DNA of 64,000 nucleotides from Gemmatimonadota bacterium (GCA_039586365.1 JBDHKN010000008.1:1-64000), one strand, 5' to 3'. Counted from the stretch's first letter, positions 28,395 through 38,629 are shown. Notes: a model not told the origin generated them from the sequence alone. Made by a program: numbers and translations.

Positions 28395-28778
28395 CTAGAT
28401 GTCGAGGTCGTCGAGAGGATTCTCTGAGCGAACGAGGACCAAAATTGCAGCCTGCGGCACAACGAGATATCTCTTGTCCTCGAACGTTATCTCCACCGCG
28501 GCCTTGCGAAAGAAGAGTGCGTAGTCACCGATCCGTGCTTGCATGGGGACGAACCGCTGGTTGCTACTACCGATCTTCCAAGGTTCATCATCGAGTTGGG
28601 TTGGTTCTGGCAAGGGGGTCCCCGGGCCTGTCGCAATGATCCGGCCACTCTGCACTGCTTGCCGGTCGACTGCGGTTGGTGGAAGGTAGAGCCCCACGCT
28701 GGTTCTCTCTTCACCTTCCTCTGGAGTAACCAGAACTCGATCTCCCACAACGACAAGCTGCTTACGAGACTTCTTCAT
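28395..28778 (-). CDS. groES: GroES-family co-chaperonin (no adjacent groEL)
   Basis: GDRVLV..EEGEERTSVGLYLP...GRIIATGPG...GDYALF...YLVVPQAAIL. Confidence 0.8.
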   Translation of the reverse strand: MKKSRKQLVVVGDRVLVTPEEGEERTSVGLYLPPTAVDRQAVQSGRIIATGPGTPLPEPTQLDDEPWKIGSSNQRFVPMQARIGDYALFFRKAAVEITFEDKRYLVVPQAAILVLVRSENPLDDLDI

Positions 28779-28831
28779 GTGTTAAATGTAGCCGTTGGAG
28801 CGGACAGTAGGATAGACGTCCGCCGCGGATC

Positions 28832-28896
28832 TAGGGACGGCGGAAGCCGGCGACTTCTCACAGGGTGTGACGCGCCGGCTCCCCGCCCCGTCCTGG
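28832..28896. repeat. Long imperfect inverted repeat (REP-like or terminator hairpin)
   Basis: GGACGG..AGCCGGCG..TCAC pairs with GTGA..CGCCGGCT..CCGTCC. Confidence 0.5.
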
Positions 28897-28906
28897 TTTC
28901 CTCAGG

Positions 28907-30952
28907 TTAGTCCTTATCGCTGATTGGCTGGTCCCTCTTCGGGTGCGCATGCTGCTCGAACCAGCCCCGCATGTACAGTTGGCTCCGCATGAAATTCGAG
29001 GGCTTGCTACTCGTGCCGTGCCACTCGTTCTTGAATCGAATCATCGCGGTGGGCACCTTGCGGATCTTCAACGCCTGATAGAATTCTTCGGTCTGTGATA
29101 TCGGAGTGCGGAGGTCGTCTTCCCCCGTCATCAACATGGTCGGTGTTGTGACGTTGCCGACGTACATGAGGGGAGAACGCTGCAAGTGTTCCGCCGGGTC
29201 ATCCCAAGGGAAATGGTCGAAGTTGCGGTACCAGCTCGAGCCATCAGTCGTTCCCACGAAGGAAATCCAGTCGATCACCGGATAGTTGGCCGACGCGGCA
29301 GCGAATCGGTCGGTGTGTCCAACGATCCAAGATGTCAGTACGCCTCCACCACTACCCCCATATACGAACATGTTGTCCGTATCGACGTAGCCGCGGTTCA
29401 CGACCGTATCCACTCCGGCCATGAGGTCGTCGAAGTCCTTACCTGGGTACGCTCGCTTGATGGCGTTACCGAATTGGCTGCCGTAACCCGAACTGCCGCG
29501 AGGGTTGGTGTAGAGGACAACATATCCGTTCGCTGCGTGGTTCTGCCACGCGAAGTTGAACCCGACCCCGTACATACCGTGTGGGCCACCGTGAATCGTA
29601 AGGATCAGCGGATACTTCTCGGTGGGATCGAAGTCGGGTGGTTTGATGATCCATCCTTGGATACGGTAGTCGTCTACCGATGTGTACCATATTTCCTCTA
29701 CCTCGCCAAGTTTGCGACCGTGGAGCACATCTCCATTCACGTCTGTGAGCCTCAGTATCTCCGGTCGGCGCACATCGAACGCCACTACGTCTCCCGGTTC
29801 GTGATAGCTGGAGAGAGTTCCCACCGCAATTCCCCGCTCTGATATCGCACTGACGGACAGGAGGTGATTTCCTTCGGTGACCTGGCGTACGTCTCCCGTT
29901 GTGCTGGCGAAGTACAGATTAGAAGTGCCCCGGTTACTCACGTTGAAATAGACGCCGCTGTTGTCGGAAGCCCACATGACGTTGCGAGGTGAACGGTCCA
30001 GATCTCCAGAGATCGTGCGTGGATCTGACCCGTCGATGTCCATCACGTAGAGTCTCGACTCTATGTAGGTGTCATCGGTCCAGTCGTAGCCCGTGTAGGC
30101 AACAAGCTGGCCGTCGGGTGATACCGCTGGACTGCCGTCGGGGCCATGGCGCGTTGTGAGTGTGCGGATCGCCTTGGTGGATGCGTTCACCGCGTAGATC
30201 TCTGATTCGCGCCATTCATACTCGGCATCCTCGACCCGAAGGCTTGAGAATACCAACTCTGAGCCATCGGGTGTCCACTCGGGAGATCCATGGTCCCAGC
30301 CACCGCTCGTGAGCTGCGTGGGGGTCCCACCACCGGCAGGTACCGCGAAGATCTGCTGGTAGGCGTCATCAATGTAGCCGCGACGATCACGCCGGTAGTT
30401 GAGTCGTGTCACGACCTTCGGGTCGGCAGTCCAGGTTGCACCGCCCGGCTGACCTGGGAGCTTCACCCGCCAGCCCTCGTCGCTGGGTATCCGCATGGTG
30501 AAGGCAATGCTCTCCCCGTCAGGCGACCACACGATGTCTCCCGGTGAGTGCTCGACGCGTGTAACCTGCGTGGTTGCACCTTCGGCATCCATCCATCTCA
30601 CAAAAATCTGCGTTCCCTGAGGATCGCCACCACGCAAGAAAGCTATTCTGCCTCCGTCGGGTGACCACCTGGCCGACGATCCATTGGTCAAGAATCGGTT
30701 GCGACTGCCGTCGCTGTTCATAATCCAAAGAGATGTATCCCACCGGTCGTTCATCTTGTCTATCCAGCGGCGCGTGTAGATGATCTGTTGCCCAGCCGGT
30801 GAAATTTGCGGGTCGGTAGCCCCCTCCCACTCCAAATACAGATCCAACGTGAGAAGCTCGCTCCCATCCTGCCGATCCTGAGCCGGCGCGCTCGACGCGA
30901 AGCCCATTAGCAGTAGAACGAAGCACACGGGGAAGACTCCATACCGGGACAT
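28907..30952 (-). CDS. S9 family peptidase (S9C-like), exported
   Basis: Signal peptide, PD40 repeats (SPDG), IHGGPH, nucleophile GGSGGG, DLRTP, EWHG. Confidence 0.92.
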   Translation of the reverse strand: MSRYGVFPVCFVLLLMGFASSAPAQDRQDGSELLTLDLYLEWEGATDPQISPAGQQIIYTRRWIDKMNDRWDTSLWIMNSDGSRNRFLTNGSSARWSPDGGRIAFLRGGDPQGTQIFVRWMDAEGATTQVTRVEHSPGDIVWSPDGESIAFTMRIPSDEGWRVKLPGQPGGATWTADPKVVTRLNYRRDRRGYIDDAYQQIFAVPAGGGTPTQLTSGGWDHGSPEWTPDGSELVFSSLRVEDAEYEWRESEIYAVNASTKAIRTLTTRHGPDGSPAVSPDGQLVAYTGYDWTDDTYIESRLYVMDIDGSDPRTISGDLDRSPRNVMWASDNSGVYFNVSNRGTSNLYFASTTGDVRQVTEGNHLLSVSAISERGIAVGTLSSYHEPGDVVAFDVRRPEILRLTDVNGDVLHGRKLGEVEEIWYTSVDDYRIQGWIIKPPDFDPTEKYPLILTIHGGPHGMYGVGFNFAWQNHAANGYVVLYTNPRGSSGYGSQFGNAIKRAYPGKDFDDLMAGVDTVVNRGYVDTDNMFVYGGSGGGVLTSWIVGHTDRFAAASANYPVIDWISFVGTTDGSSWYRNFDHFPWDDPAEHLQRSPLMYVGNVTTPTMLMTGEDDLRTPISQTEEFYQALKIRKVPTAMIRFKNEWHGTSSKPSNFMRSQLYMRGWFEQHAHPKRDQPISDKD

Positions 30953-31027
30953 GAGGCCTCCAACGAAACGGGTATTGCGGAGAGTATGTAGTGACGTGCA
31001 GTCGTCTGCAAGTGACTTTCTGGCTTC

Positions 31028-33625
31028 CTACTCACCCATCTCTCTGAGCACCATGAGCGGGGGTTTACGGAACACATCTCTGCTGCTGGCCAGTCCAATC
31101 GCTGCGGTCAACGCTGCCGTACCCAGCCAGATAAATATTAGTGGAAGGGTGGGGGGGTGGAAGCTGAGTTCGAGTGCGAATGCAACGAACGCACCACCGG
31201 CAGCGCTCCCCAGTAGAATGCCGCTCAACCCTGCTAGCAACCCGAGCATTGCGTACTCCGTGAGGAGAATCTGCCGAATCTGCCGACCGCGCCCTCCCAA
31301 CGTCTTGAGAAGAACGCTCTCCTTGATGCGCTGAAACCGAGATGTTGCGACTGCCCCGCCGAGGACGATTAGACCGCTGACGATGCTGAAAAGGGCCATG
31401 AAACGTACGGCGAAGCTCACCGTGCTCAAGATCGAGTCGATAGATTCCTGCACGACGGCGAGATCTATGCCAGCGACGTTGGAAAAGGCTAGCACGAGGT
31501 CGCGCTGCAATTCGGCTCGGTGAATCGCACTCTCTGAACGGGTGACTGTGACGAAGGTCTGCGGCGCGTCGTCCAATGCACCTGGCTCGAAGACCACGAA
31601 GAAATTCAGGTTGAGTCGTGCCCAGTCCACCTCCCGCAGGTTGGCTACTTCGGTCTCGATCTGCACACCTTGGACGTCCCACGTGATCCGGTCCCCGATG
31701 CCGACTCTGAGATCTCTGGCGAGCTGCTGCTCAACCGATATGCGGTACACGTGTGCCGCCGCCCCTGGCTGGGCGGGCGGACGGCCGACCTGTTGCTCTT
31801 TTTCACCTTCTTGTCTCAAGTATCCGTTGTTCCACCAAGCGCCCTCCACCAACTTCTCTGAATCGACCAAGGAATCTCTGTATGTGTTGCTGTACTCTCT
31901 CTGCAGGGCCCAACGCGGAACCCGGGGACCAGAGGTATCCGAGAGGATCTCCCTGACATTGCGCCCATTCAACTGAGATATCCTGGCCGGAACTATCGGT
32001 GTTGTGCTCAGAATTGGCAGACCATGCGAAAGTATGAGCGACTCCACACTGTCGCGCTGATCCTTTTGAACATCGAACAGCACGAGATTGGGACGGTCGG
32101 GCGTCGCGTCCAGCGAGATCTGGCGCAACAGACTTCCTTGAACCACGTACACTGTGGTGATCAGGAACACACCGAATCCAACAGCTAGAGTGATGGCCAC
32201 TGTCTGATTGTGGGGCCGGTAGAGGTTGGCGATGCCTTGGCGGTACACGTAGCTCGCTTTGCGGGGTAATAGTCGGCGGGTCGTCCGGATGAGGAACCAG
32301 GCAGACAGCCAAAGGAGCAGCGTGGTGCTGCCCAGGGCGACAGCGAAGGCCGCGCCCAGGGCTAGATCGGGGGCTTGCCAGATACTCAGGGCCACCATCG
32401 TCAGCACCACCGCGGCATGTGCGCTGAAGCGGAGCACACCGGGAGATCGCGCACTCTCGAATTCTCGCCGGAGCGCCTGAAGTGGTGCGATGTTCCTTAC
32501 GGTCAGTAATGGCAGCAAGGCGAACATTACAGCAACCCAGACGCCTATCAGGAGGCCGGCGAATATGGCAGGCCATTCGACGGATACGTGAATCTCAACA
32601 GGCAGGAAATCGTGCAATAGGTCCGGGAGGCTTGCCTGAACCACGAGACCGAGAGCCACCCCGCTGGCTGCTCCGAGGACACCGAGCATTACGGCTTGGA
32701 GCAGGTAGATGGAGAAGACCATCTGTTGTGAGGCCCCGAGACATCGCAGGATGGCTACCGTTGGGAGCTTCCCACGCACGAATACGTGTACAGCACTAGC
32801 CACACCGACGCCACCCAACAGCAGGGCAATCAAACCAACCATTCCCAGGAATCTCGCCATGAGATCCAGGACATTGGTGAAGTCCTGTTCGCGTTCGGTA
32901 GCCGTTTCGTAACGGACCTGCTCGGTCCGGAGCAGGTCTTCGTATGTCGCCAGGAAGGAATCCAGGCTACGTTGTTCCGCGAACTTGAAGAACGCGCGAT
33001 ACACAGTCCTACTGCCGAAACCCAATAGGCCCGTCTCCTCCAGGTAAGCAGCAGCTATGTACACTCTGCCGCCGAGCGCCGTCAAAAAGCCGACATCTCC
33101 TGGGACCTTGGATAACAGGCCGTCGATCGTGAACCAGGCGTTCCCAATTGCGATGGTGTCACCTACAGCGGCATCGAGCTGCACCAGGACGGCTGGGTCG
33201 ACCAATGCATTGCGGGCACTTTGTAGTTGTGTCCAGTGTCTCGGAGGCTCTGTCTCGATGGTTCCGTAGAAGGGGTAGGTACCCTCTACTGCTCGCACAT
33301 CCACCAAGTGCGTGCGCTGAGAGTCAACCGCAAGCGCCATCGCAGCAAAGTTGGTGACGTAGGATACGATGATGTCGCCAGATACCGTCGAGTCGATCAA
33401 CTCTTGGATCGGTGCCGGGAACGGTCGGGTACTGCGCAGTTCCAGATCAGCGCCCAGCAGGCCCCGAGACTCGGCATGGATTGCATCTGTCACATTCGCC
33501 CGGAAGGAATTGATCGACACGAGCGCCGCCACGCCTAGACCTATTGATCCCGCGTACAGGCCGAGCCGCCTTCTACTGGCTCGGCTCTCACGGCGGGCCA
33601 TCGCGAGAATGAACGGAAGCTTCAT
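31028..33625 (-). CDS. ybbP: FtsX-like ABC permease (YbbP family)
   Basis: Two FtsX modules (AILRCLGAS, LLKTLGG), LLGADL, REVDW...NFFVVF. Confidence 0.9.
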   Translation of the reverse strand: MKLPFILAMARRESRASRRRLGLYAGSIGLGVAALVSINSFRANVTDAIHAESRGLLGADLELRSTRPFPAPIQELIDSTVSGDIIVSYVTNFAAMALAVDSQRTHLVDVRAVEGTYPFYGTIETEPPRHWTQLQSARNALVDPAVLVQLDAAVGDTIAIGNAWFTIDGLLSKVPGDVGFLTALGGRVYIAAAYLEETGLLGFGSRTVYRAFFKFAEQRSLDSFLATYEDLLRTEQVRYETATEREQDFTNVLDLMARFLGMVGLIALLLGGVGVASAVHVFVRGKLPTVAILRCLGASQQMVFSIYLLQAVMLGVLGAASGVALGLVVQASLPDLLHDFLPVEIHVSVEWPAIFAGLLIGVWVAVMFALLPLLTVRNIAPLQALRREFESARSPGVLRFSAHAAVVLTMVALSIWQAPDLALGAAFAVALGSTTLLLWLSAWFLIRTTRRLLPRKASYVYRQGIANLYRPHNQTVAITLAVGFGVFLITTVYVVQGSLLRQISLDATPDRPNLVLFDVQKDQRDSVESLILSHGLPILSTTPIVPARISQLNGRNVREILSDTSGPRVPRWALQREYSNTYRDSLVDSEKLVEGAWWNNGYLRQEGEKEQQVGRPPAQPGAAAHVYRISVEQQLARDLRVGIGDRITWDVQGVQIETEVANLREVDWARLNLNFFVVFEPGALDDAPQTFVTVTRSESAIHRAELQRDLVLAFSNVAGIDLAVVQESIDSILSTVSFAVRFMALFSIVSGLIVLGGAVATSRFQRIKESVLLKTLGGRGRQIRQILLTEYAMLGLLAGLSGILLGSAAGGAFVAFALELSFHPPTLPLIFIWLGTAALTAAIGLASSRDVFRKPPLMVLREMGE

Positions 33626-34323
33626 CCAGGTCGTGAACCTGGGTCTTCGACAATCCGACCGCCGGACAGCCGGATGATCCGACTGGCGTGGGAAGCCAGT
33701 TCGGTATCGTGGGTGACCAGTACGAGTGTCGTTCTCTCTTCGTTGTTCAACTGAACGAGAGAATCTATAACCGTGCGCCCCGTTTCGGCATCGAGGTTCC
33801 CAGTCGGCTCATCGGCGAAGAGTATCTTCGGCTCGTTTGCGAAGGCCCGTGCCAGGGCCACTCGCTGTTGTTCGCCTCCGGATAGCTGGGCGGGATAATG
33901 GTGCAACCTATCACCCAACCCAACACGTCCCAGGAGATTACGAGCCCGTTCCTCGGCTCCTTTGGCAGCACTTCCACTCAATGCTCGGCGGAGCTCAACT
34001 GGCACCAGCACGTTCTCCAGTGCGGTCAGCGTGGGTATCAGCTGGAAGTTCTGGAACACGAAACCGACCTTCTCGGCTCTGATCCGGGCCCGCTCATCCT
34101 CGTCGAGTGGATTGATATCCTGACCATCCAGTGCGACGCGGCCCGCGGTAGGGCGGTCCAGACCGGCGAGGAGCCCCAGCAGGGTCGTCTTACCACTTCC
34201 GGACGGTCCAACTATCGCGACGAAGCCCTCCGGCTCAACGGTTAGATTGATATCCGTGAGTACCCGGAGTGGTCGGCCTAAGCTCGTGTAGGTTTGTTCC
34301 AAACCTTCTGCAACGATCATCAT
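33622..34323 (-). CDS. ybbA: ABC transporter ATP-binding protein (YbbA/LolD-like)
   Basis: [32 protein letters not shown]. Confidence 0.93.
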   Translation of the reverse strand: MMIVAEGLEQTYTSLGRPLRVLTDINLTVEPEGFVAIVGPSGSGKTTLLGLLAGLDRPTAGRVALDGQDINPLDEDERARIRAEKVGFVFQNFQLIPTLTALENVLVPVELRRALSGSAAKGAEERARNLLGRVGLGDRLHHYPAQLSGGEQQRVALARAFANEPKILFADEPTGNLDAETGRTVIDSLVQLNNEERTTLVLVTHDTELASHASRIIRLSGGRIVEDPGSRPG

Positions 34324-35002
34324 GGCTCGTAAGATACTGCTAGTGACGGCTCTTCTCGTAACCGCTGTACACTGTCGTTCTGAGAACCGGCGGGCAGTCG
34401 CAGAGCGACCTGAGTTCGCTGAGCCCGGTCCTGTGGAAGCCAGACCCGTCATTCTGTTCGTGGGAACGAGCATAACCGCGGGCTACGGACTCGGTGTCGA
34501 GCAGGCGTTCCCCTCGCTCATTCAAGCGGCCATGGATTCGGTTGGATTCGCGTTTCGGGTGGTGAACGCTGGAGAGAGCGGAAGTACGTCGGCTGGTGGC
34601 GTTCGGCGGATCGAATGGTTGCTGCACCAGCCGGTGCGTGTCTTGGTGCTCGAGTTAGGAGCGAACGACGGGCTGCGGGGTCAGGACATCGGAGCCATGA
34701 AGAGCAACCTGCAACTGATCATCAATGAGACGAGGATGACACACCCTGACGCCAAGATAGTCGTGGCGGGGATGGAGGCGCCACCCAATATGGGGGTGGC
34801 GTATGCCACGGAGTTCCGGCAGGTCTTCGCTGACTTAGCTCGTGAGAACGACGCCATGCTGATCCCCTTCTTGTTGGATGGCGTGGCCGGAATTCCCGAA
34901 CTGAACCAGGCCGATGGTATCCATCCCACGGCACAAGGCCACCGAGTGATCGCCAAGAACGTCTGGGAAGTCTTGGGGCCACTACTCGAGCAACTCAACT
35001 AG
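34322..35002 (+). CDS. tesA: Arylesterase/acyl-CoA thioesterase I (SGNH family)
   Basis: GTSITAGYG, NAGESG, LGANDGLRG, DGIHP. Divergent from ybbA, the usual arrangement. Confidence 0.92.
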   Translation: MARKILLVTALLVTAVHCRSENRRAVAERPEFAEPGPVEARPVILFVGTSITAGYGLGVEQAFPSLIQAAMDSVGFAFRVVNAGESGSTSAGGVRRIEWLLHQPVRVLVLELGANDGLRGQDIGAMKSNLQLIINETRMTHPDAKIVVAGMEAPPNMGVAYATEFRQVFADLARENDAMLIPFLLDGVAGIPELNQADGIHPTAQGHRVIAKNVWEVLGPLLEQLN

Positions 35003-35248
35003 CGAGCTGCCAGGAAATCCTGCAATAGCCAGGAACCTCGGTTCGTCGCCAATCAGGTCCTGAGGCAGACACGATTGAGGAAAAACATCCCCGCGGAACC
35101 TTCATCGCAGGTCACTACGGTCGCGAGACTCGAAGGCACGAGGTTACGAACGCAGTGGGTCAAAGGATGGGCCGGGAGAAAACGGGGGCCTGACGTCCCT
35201 CGTTGCTGGCATTTGGGGGAATCGTAAAGCAACACAACAGGAGGAGAC

Positions 35249-35869
35249 GTGAGCCTTCCAAGCAAGATAATCTGTGTCGGCCGTAACTACATGGACCATG
35301 CTGCGGAACTCGGAAATGTCGTACCGCAATACCCGCTGCTATTCCTGAAACCACCCTCGGCAATCATTGGTGACGGCGACGTGATACTGCTCCCGAGTGC
35401 ATCCGGCCGCGTCGAGCATGAAGCCGAGATTGGGGTCGTCATCGGCCGACACCTGCGCCGTGTCAGCGAGAGCGAAGCCTTGGCTGGTGTTCGAGGCATT
35501 ACCTGCCTCAATGATGTTACCGCGCGGGATCTCCAGAAAGCTGACGGTCAGTGGACTCGGGCTAAGGGCTTCGACACATTTTGCCCGGTCGGTCCCCGGG
35601 TGGTACCAATGGCAGAGTTCTCAGATCTCGATGGAATCGAAGTGATAGGGCGGGTGAACGGAGTGGAGCGGCAACGTGGCAGATCCGGCGATATGGTGTT
35701 CAGTATTCCTAAGATCGTGTCCTACGTGTCACACGTGATGACACTGAATCCCGCTGACCTGCTAGCCACAGGTACGCCGGCTGGTGTCGGCCCGCTGCAG
35801 CCAGGAGACGCTGTCGAGGTCGAGATCCCCGGAGTCGGGGTGCTGAGGAATACCGTGAGCCGTGAGTAA
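35249..35869 (+). CDS. Fumarylacetoacetate hydrolase family protein
   Basis: CVGRNY..H, FLKP, EHEAEIG, NDVTARD, KGFDTFCPVGP, TGTPAGVG. AGGAGG RBS. Confidence 0.93.
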   Translation: MSLPSKIICVGRNYMDHAAELGNVVPQYPLLFLKPPSAIIGDGDVILLPSASGRVEHEAEIGVVIGRHLRRVSESEALAGVRGITCLNDVTARDLQKADGQWTRAKGFDTFCPVGPRVVPMAEFSDLDGIEVIGRVNGVERQRGRSGDMVFSIPKIVSYVSHVMTLNPADLLATGTPAGVGPLQPGDAVEVEIPGVGVLRNTVSRE

Positions 35870-35896
35870 TGAGCTGGAGTATGCTTGCATTGGACG

Positions 35897-35971
35897 GCTA
35901 GAAGAACGTGAGCTGGTGCTCGACTGCCGAGCACCCGCCGAGACTACTCTCGGCTCACCATTCTTGGTAGC
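35897..35971. other. Compact multi-hairpin intergenic element
   Basis: GGTGCTCG/CGAGCACC and GCCGAGA/TCTCGGC hairpins inside an outer GCTA-GAAGAA-GTGA / TCAC-TTCTT-TAGC stem. Confidence 0.45.
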
Positions 35972-36040
35972 TTTGCGCACGCCTGTGTTGTGAGGACGAG
36001 CCCGCTCCGAGTGAGCACGTCAACTACAAGGAGTCCATCC

Positions 36041-38098
36041 GTGTCACGGCTAGTTTCATCATTGATGCTGACGTTGGTGATCTCGAGCCCGGTTCGGGGC
36101 CAGGAGTACCTTCCGCTGTTGGATCGGCAACTGCGCGATCTGCTACACGAATCGTTGAGCGGTGAGTTGGCCAAGGATCATGTGCTCCAGATCTCGCGAC
36201 ACCATCGCATTCAGGGATCGCGCGGCTACCGGGCTGCCGCTCAATACGTGCTGGAGCAACTTCGCGGCCACGGCTTTACCGAAGACGAGGCCTACATCGA
36301 GTCCTTCCCGTCAGACGGTAGGGTTGCGTATCAAACTTGGCAGTCTCCTGCGGGATGGGACATCGAGTCGGCCGAACTCAGGATGGTGGAGCCATACGAG
36401 GAACGCATCGTAGGGTATCCAGAGATCGCGATGAGCTTGATGACCTACTCCAATCCTGGCGACGTGACCGCTGAGCTTGTCTGGGTCGGCAACGGTACCG
36501 GTGATACCGACTATGAGGGCAAGAACGTGGCCGGGAGATTCGTACTGGCGACTGGGTATGGGGGGGATGTGCATCGTCTTGCGGTGCTCAAGTACGGAGC
36601 TGCCGCAGTGGTTGCGTACTTGGACGATGAGCGTGCCAGAGAGTACCCCGACATGCTTCAGTACACCGGTATGTGGCCACGTAGCGAGGAATTGGGCCGC
36701 GTCACCTTCGGCTTCAACCTCACCAATCGTCAGGGCGTAAAACTCCGCGACATGTTGCTTTCCGAACAACGTGTTGTGCTCAGAGGCCAAGTTGCTGGTA
36801 TCGGTCTCGAGTCATACTTCATGGACGCGGTGGTAGGCTGGATTCCGGGTGCGGACCACGCCGAAGAGGTACTGGTATTCTGTGCACACTTGGATCACCC
36901 CAAGGAATCAGCCAACGACAATGCAAGTGGTTCCGCCGCAATCCTGGATATTGCGATCGCTGTGAAGCGACTGATCGACGATGGTCGGCTGCCACGGCCG
37001 AAACGGTCGTTGATGTTCCTCTGGATTGCTGAATGGAACGGCACGATGGCCTACATTGACCGGCACCCGGAAATGCAGGGCCCGGCTCTGGGCGGCGGGT
37101 ACCTCGTGAACTTGAATCTGGACATGGTCGGCGAGAACCTTGAGTTACTGCATTCTCGCATGAACGTCACACGCCTGCCTGCTTCGTTGCCGTCGACCGT
37201 GAGTGATGTGGTTGCCAACATGGCCGAGATGGTTAGTCGTATGGACATTCGCACACCCAGGGGAAGCCAGTCCGACTTGAACTTCAGGATCACACCATAC
37301 AGCGGTGGTTCTGATCACATGATGTTCATCGACCGCAAGATCCCGGGCATCATGATCGGTCACAGTGACTATACACATCACACATCCGAGGACACCCCCG
37401 ACAAGGTGGATCCCGTAGAATTGGAACGGAGCGAGATAATAGCTGCTGCGACCACGCTGTACCTCTCAGACCTGACAGCAGAGCAAGCGGTCGATCTCGT
37501 GTATTTGACGGGTTCCAACGGTGCGCAACGGCTTGGGGAGGTGGGGCGTCGCGCAAGCCGGCAAATGCACCTTGCAGGGCGGGAGAAGGAAGCAGCGGGA
37601 GGGTCATGGTTCGAGGTCGAGAACGCTGTGTCACGCGCTGCGGGATGGGAGCGAGAGGCGGTGAGTTCCGTGCTTCACTTCAACAGTGCTGCCATGGTAC
37701 AGCGTGCAGTGGAAGCGGTGCAACAGCAACTCAAGCAACAGGAGAAGAGCCTGCTTGCGACATTGCACGCCGAGGCAGCGGCCACAGGGATTGAGCTCGA
37801 TCCTACAGCCATGCGACAAACAGATGAGCGGGTTCCCGTACGGCTGACGCGGGGACCGTTGGATTCTGCACTCCCAGTGAGCCACCTACCGGCGGCGGAT
37901 GCAGCCTGGTACGCTTCGCGGGAGTTCAACTTGACGGGAGACGAGAGATTCGAACTGGTGAACTTCATCGACGGCACGCGGTCCGTCTCAGATATCAGGG
38001 ATGCGCTGAGCGCGGAGTTCAGGCCCATTCAGACGCAAGTTGTGGCACGGTATCTGAGCGATCTCGTACGGGTGGGGGTCGTGGGTTGGAGGCAATGA
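36041..38098 (+). CDS. M28 family metallopeptidase with PA domain (DUF4910-like), exported
   Basis: AHLDH, ANDNASG, AEW, NLDMVG, SDH, HHTSEDT. AAGGAG RBS before GTG 36041. Confidence 0.88.
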   Translation: MSRLVSSLMLTLVISSPVRGQEYLPLLDRQLRDLLHESLSGELAKDHVLQISRHHRIQGSRGYRAAAQYVLEQLRGHGFTEDEAYIESFPSDGRVAYQTWQSPAGWDIESAELRMVEPYEERIVGYPEIAMSLMTYSNPGDVTAELVWVGNGTGDTDYEGKNVAGRFVLATGYGGDVHRLAVLKYGAAAVVAYLDDERAREYPDMLQYTGMWPRSEELGRVTFGFNLTNRQGVKLRDMLLSEQRVVLRGQVAGIGLESYFMDAVVGWIPGADHAEEVLVFCAHLDHPKESANDNASGSAAILDIAIAVKRLIDDGRLPRPKRSLMFLWIAEWNGTMAYIDRHPEMQGPALGGGYLVNLNLDMVGENLELLHSRMNVTRLPASLPSTVSDVVANMAEMVSRMDIRTPRGSQSDLNFRITPYSGGSDHMMFIDRKIPGIMIGHSDYTHHTSEDTPDKVDPVELERSEIIAAATTLYLSDLTAEQAVDLVYLTGSNGAQRLGEVGRRASRQMHLAGREKEAAGGSWFEVENAVSRAAGWEREAVSSVLHFNSAAMVQRAVEAVQQQLKQQEKSLLATLHAEAAATGIELDPTAMRQTDERVPVRLTRGPLDSALPVSHLPAADAAWYASREFNLTGDERFELVNFIDGTRSVSDIRDALSAEFRPIQTQVVARYLSDLVRVGVVGWRQ

Positions 38099-38144
38099 TG
38101 GCAGATGGTTGGCAAACACGAAACTGACGAAGGAGGTCGCACAG

Positions 38145-38366
38145 GTGCCACTGATCAAGAAGCCTAGTAAAAGGAAGCGGGCGGTGAAACGTGCCAAGAA
38201 GGCAGTCTCCGGAGCCAAGAAGAAGGCTCGCAAGACGGTCAAACGTGCTAAGAAGGCGGGTTCAGCGGCTCAGAAGAAAGTGAAGAAGACTGTTGGCCGG
38301 GCAAAGAAAGCCGTCAAGAAGGTCCGTAAGAAGGCTGCGAAGACAGTCCGGCGCATCAAGAAGTAG
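38145..38366 (+). CDS. Histone H1-like Lys/Arg/Ala-rich basic protein, 73 aa
   Basis: AAGGAGG RBS at 38130-38136, GTG at 38145, repeats of (T/A)V(K/G)RAKKA, no acidic residues. Confidence 0.8.
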   Translation: MPLIKKPSKRKRAVKRAKKAVSGAKKKARKTVKRAKKAGSAAQKKVKKTVGRAKKAVKKVRKKAAKTVRRIKK

Positions 38367-38368
38367 AC

Positions 38369-38528
38369 GGGGTGGTTGACGGCGGCGGCCTTCCAAGTGG
38401 GCTCAGCCGGTTGTGTCCTAGACCTCGCGAGTAGACGCGGAAGGTCCCGAGACTTCCGCCCAACTCGTTGGCTCGGCGTCAGGAGCCGCTACCGGATTGC
38501 GCTTGATTGCCGCCGCCGTGACTCACTT
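38369..38528 (+). ncRNA. Putative structured RNA element (unassigned)
   Basis: Nested stems ACGGCGGCGGC/GCCGCCGCCGT, CAAGTG/CGCTTG, CCGGT/ACCGG, GCGAGT/ACTCGT, GCGGAAG/CTTCCGC, plus side hairpin GGCTC/GAGCC. G-U pairs favour the + strand. Confidence 0.45.
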
Positions 38529-38629
38529 GCCACTGGGATGAGCGACAGTGGTGGAATGCCACATCACAAGGGAGACACCAAGCCCGCAAGCACTTGAGTG
38601 TCTGTGCACCCCCGTGCCCACGTGATGAT

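Noticed and set aside
34318..34324. Head-to-head overlapping starts of ybbA and tesA
   Set aside because: A well-known conserved arrangement, not novel.
35003..35248. Possible riboswitch upstream of the FAH gene
   Set aside because: Only short scattered complementarities, and no aptamer consensus that I recognise.
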